DNA of 57,026 nucleotides from an uncultured Gammaproteobacteria bacterium (GTDB taxonomy: Bacteria > Patescibacteriota > Patescibacteriia > Magasanikbacterales > GWA2-37-8), in the NCBI GenBank assembly GCA_964535515.1, contig CAZHTA010000006.1:1-57026 (forward strand), given 5' to 3'. The notes under the pieces are model-generated. The model did not search any database. It was not told where the DNA came from and saw only the letters and a program-made list of their open reading frames with translations. Shown here one piece after another: positions 55,692-57,026 of the stretch. How positions within the stretch are numbered: position 1 is the stretch's first letter; every line of letters starts with the position of its first letter. The translations under genes were made by a program, and so were the position numbers.

Positions 55692-56504
55692 ATGCTCCCC
55701 CTCAACCTGGTCCTTGTTCGTCACGGAGAGTCCGAAGGCAATGTCGCCAACAAACGTTCACGTGCAGGAGACAATCACGACTTCACCCCCGATTTCCTAA
55801 ACCGCCACAGTGCTAAGCTCCGCCTTACGGAAAAAGGCAAAGAGCAAGCCAAAGCTGCGGGGCAATGGTTAAAAGACAACGAGCTGGCGCAGTTCGACCG
55901 CCACTACGTGTCTGAATACACCCGTGCCCTGGAGACCGCAGCTTTACTTAACCTCCCTGACGCACGTTGGTACATGGATTTCCAACTCCGTGAGCGTGAT
56001 CACGGCCGTGTCGACATCGTGTCCGATGAAGTTCGCCGGACACAGTTCGCTGAGTATCTGGCTCAGCGGAAACGACACCTGTTCTATGCTCCCTGGCCCG
56101 ACGGCGAATCCATGGCTGAAACCTGCGATCGACTCCGTAACAACATCATCGGCACACTCCATCGGGAACTGGCGGACAAAAAGGTAATCATCGTGTCGCA
56201 CGGCGACATTATGAGAGCCTTCCGCGTCATTCTCGAAAGAATGCCTGCTGATGTCTACCACACAGTCGACAGTGAAGACCAACCTTGGTTCAAAATCGGC
56301 AATGGACAAGTCGTCCACTACACGAGGGTCGACCCGTTCGACTCCAAACATGTTTTGCCTCGCATGGGCTGGGTTAGATCGGTCAATCCGTTCGATCCAG
56401 ACTTTGCGGGTCACGACTGGAAGGAGATCGTTCGCAAAACATACTCGAACGAAGATTTGCTCGCGCTGGCCAACAGCTCGGCGCGACTCATCAACGACGA
56501 GTAG
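55692..56504 (+). CDS. histidine phosphatase family protein (phosphoglycerate-mutase-like), high-GC cassette 7
   Basis: 270 aa. The SD AGGAG lies 6 nt before the ATG. Motifs LVLVRHGESEGN (RHG), ERDHG and VSHGD are present. Confidence 0.8.
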   Translation: MLPLNLVLVRHGESEGNVANKRSRAGDNHDFTPDFLNRHSAKLRLTEKGKEQAKAAGQWLKDNELAQFDRHYVSEYTRALETAALLNLPDARWYMDFQLRERDHGRVDIVSDEVRRTQFAEYLAQRKRHLFYAPWPDGESMAETCDRLRNNIIGTLHRELADKKVIIVSHGDIMRAFRVILERMPADVYHTVDSEDQPWFKIGNGQVVHYTRVDPFDSKHVLPRMGWVRSVNPFDPDFAGHDWKEIVRKTYSNEDLLALANSSARLINDE

Positions 56505-56519
56505 AAAGGAGGACTAACT

Positions 56520-56550
56520 GGCGAAGCCTAACAAGCTTCGCCTTCTTCTT
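56520..56550 (+). terminator. GC-rich terminator of cassette 7
   Basis: GGCGAAGC-ctaacaa-GCTTCGCC followed by TTCTTCTT. Confidence 0.65.
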
Positions 56551-56626
56551 GATTAGAAAAGCATTTACTCTCTCGCTCTCTTGTGTTAAATTATACATAT
56601 TAAATAATCAACTACAATTAAGTAAT

Positions 56627-57026
56627 ATGGCTGAAATTAAAATTTTAGTAGAAGGATACGCCGAAGAACTAAAAAAAGGCTGGAAAGCAAGTTCTACTTG
56701 TTGTTATATAAAATCCGGAAACAAAAAAATAATCACTGATCCAGGATGTAACCGCAAAAAACTACTAACTGCTTTAAAAAAAGAAAAATTAAAAACTTCC
56801 AACATTGATTATGTATTCCTCTCTCATAGCCATATTGACCATATATTATTAGCTTCACTTTTTGAAAAAGCTAATTTCGTAACCTTTGACACCAATCTGT
56901 TGTACAACAACGACCTGATGCTTGAATTTGATAAGCACGTGCTAGGAAAAGATATAGAGATTTTAGAAACGCCCGGGCACGTATCCGAACACCTTTCTCT
57001 TCTTATTAACACTTCAAAAGGAAAAG
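56627..57026 (+). CDS. MBL-fold metallo-hydrolase, 5' part; runs off the right edge
   Basis: Hand translation from ATG 56627 gives MAEIKILVEGYAEELKKGWKASSTCCYIKSGNKKIITDPG...DYVFLSHSHIDHILLASL...ETPGHVSEH, which contains an HxHxDH motif. There is no stop in the window. Confidence 0.75.
   Translation, partial: MAEIKILVEGYAEELKKGWKASSTCCYIKSGNKKIITDPGCNRKKLLTALKKEKLKTSNIDYVFLSHSHIDHILLASLFEKANFVTFDTNLLYNNDLMLEFDKHVLGKDIEILETPGHVSEHLSLLINTSKGK

Noticed and set aside
52607-56517. Shadow ORFs in cassettes 6 and 7 (52607-52942, 52630-52878, 52935-53156, 55924-56187, 55944-56414, 56251-56517)
   Set aside because: They are antisense or off-frame to better-supported genes and have no translation signals.
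35771-56550. Assembly chimera, or an integron, transposon or prophage, as the explanation for the high-GC blocks
   Set aside because: A chimera would not produce seven gene-sized blocks that each fit an intergenic gap and carry local promoters, though reads must confirm this. No integrase, attC array, transposase, inverted repeats or phage genes were seen, so none of these known mobile-element models fits.

Overview
AT-rich bacterial chromosome segment. Hand counts on sample lines give about 30 % GC. The gene content suggests a Patescibacteria/CPR-like organism, which is an inference. It has compact housekeeping genes, a type IV pilus (T4P) cluster with giant LamG pseudopilins plus ComEC, many REC-only response regulators, and almost no Shine-Dalgarno (SD) sequences.

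Recognisable backbone, left to right:
- tsaC (partial), prfB, groES-groEL with a CIRCE operator, yidC, nusA
- an L,D-transpeptidase and a two-component module
- a roughly 11-kb T4P cluster (two pilins, pilM, five pseudopilins, pilC, pilB) and a second two-component module
- a split ComEC, leuS, a Nudix gene, fpg, gdh, a RelE/RelB-like toxin-antitoxin pair
- trxA, infB, truB, typA, rny, hup, tRNA-Glu, a TrmB regulator and a partial MBL hydrolase

Most unusual observations:
1. Eight high-GC genes (about 58-65 % GC) lie in seven blocks spread over six intergenic gaps between housekeeping genes. Six of the seven blocks have an AT-rich near-consensus promoter, most have an SD, and most end in a GC-rich hairpin. 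All eight products are membrane proteins, secreted proteins or phosphatases, and no mobility gene is visible.
2. LeuRS is 1147 aa and carries an inserted Nudix domain and an inserted YdeN/RBBP9-type serine hydrolase domain. A stand-alone Nudix gene sits next to it.
3. A roughly 130-nt structured RNA lies upstream of groESL with its own promoter and terminator, and I cannot assign it to a known family.
4. The pilus cluster encodes 551-aa and 1060-aa LamG pseudopilins and is bracketed by sensor kinases whose only partners are CheY-like regulators.

No CRISPR array, transposase, integrase, reverse transcriptase or rRNA gene was seen.
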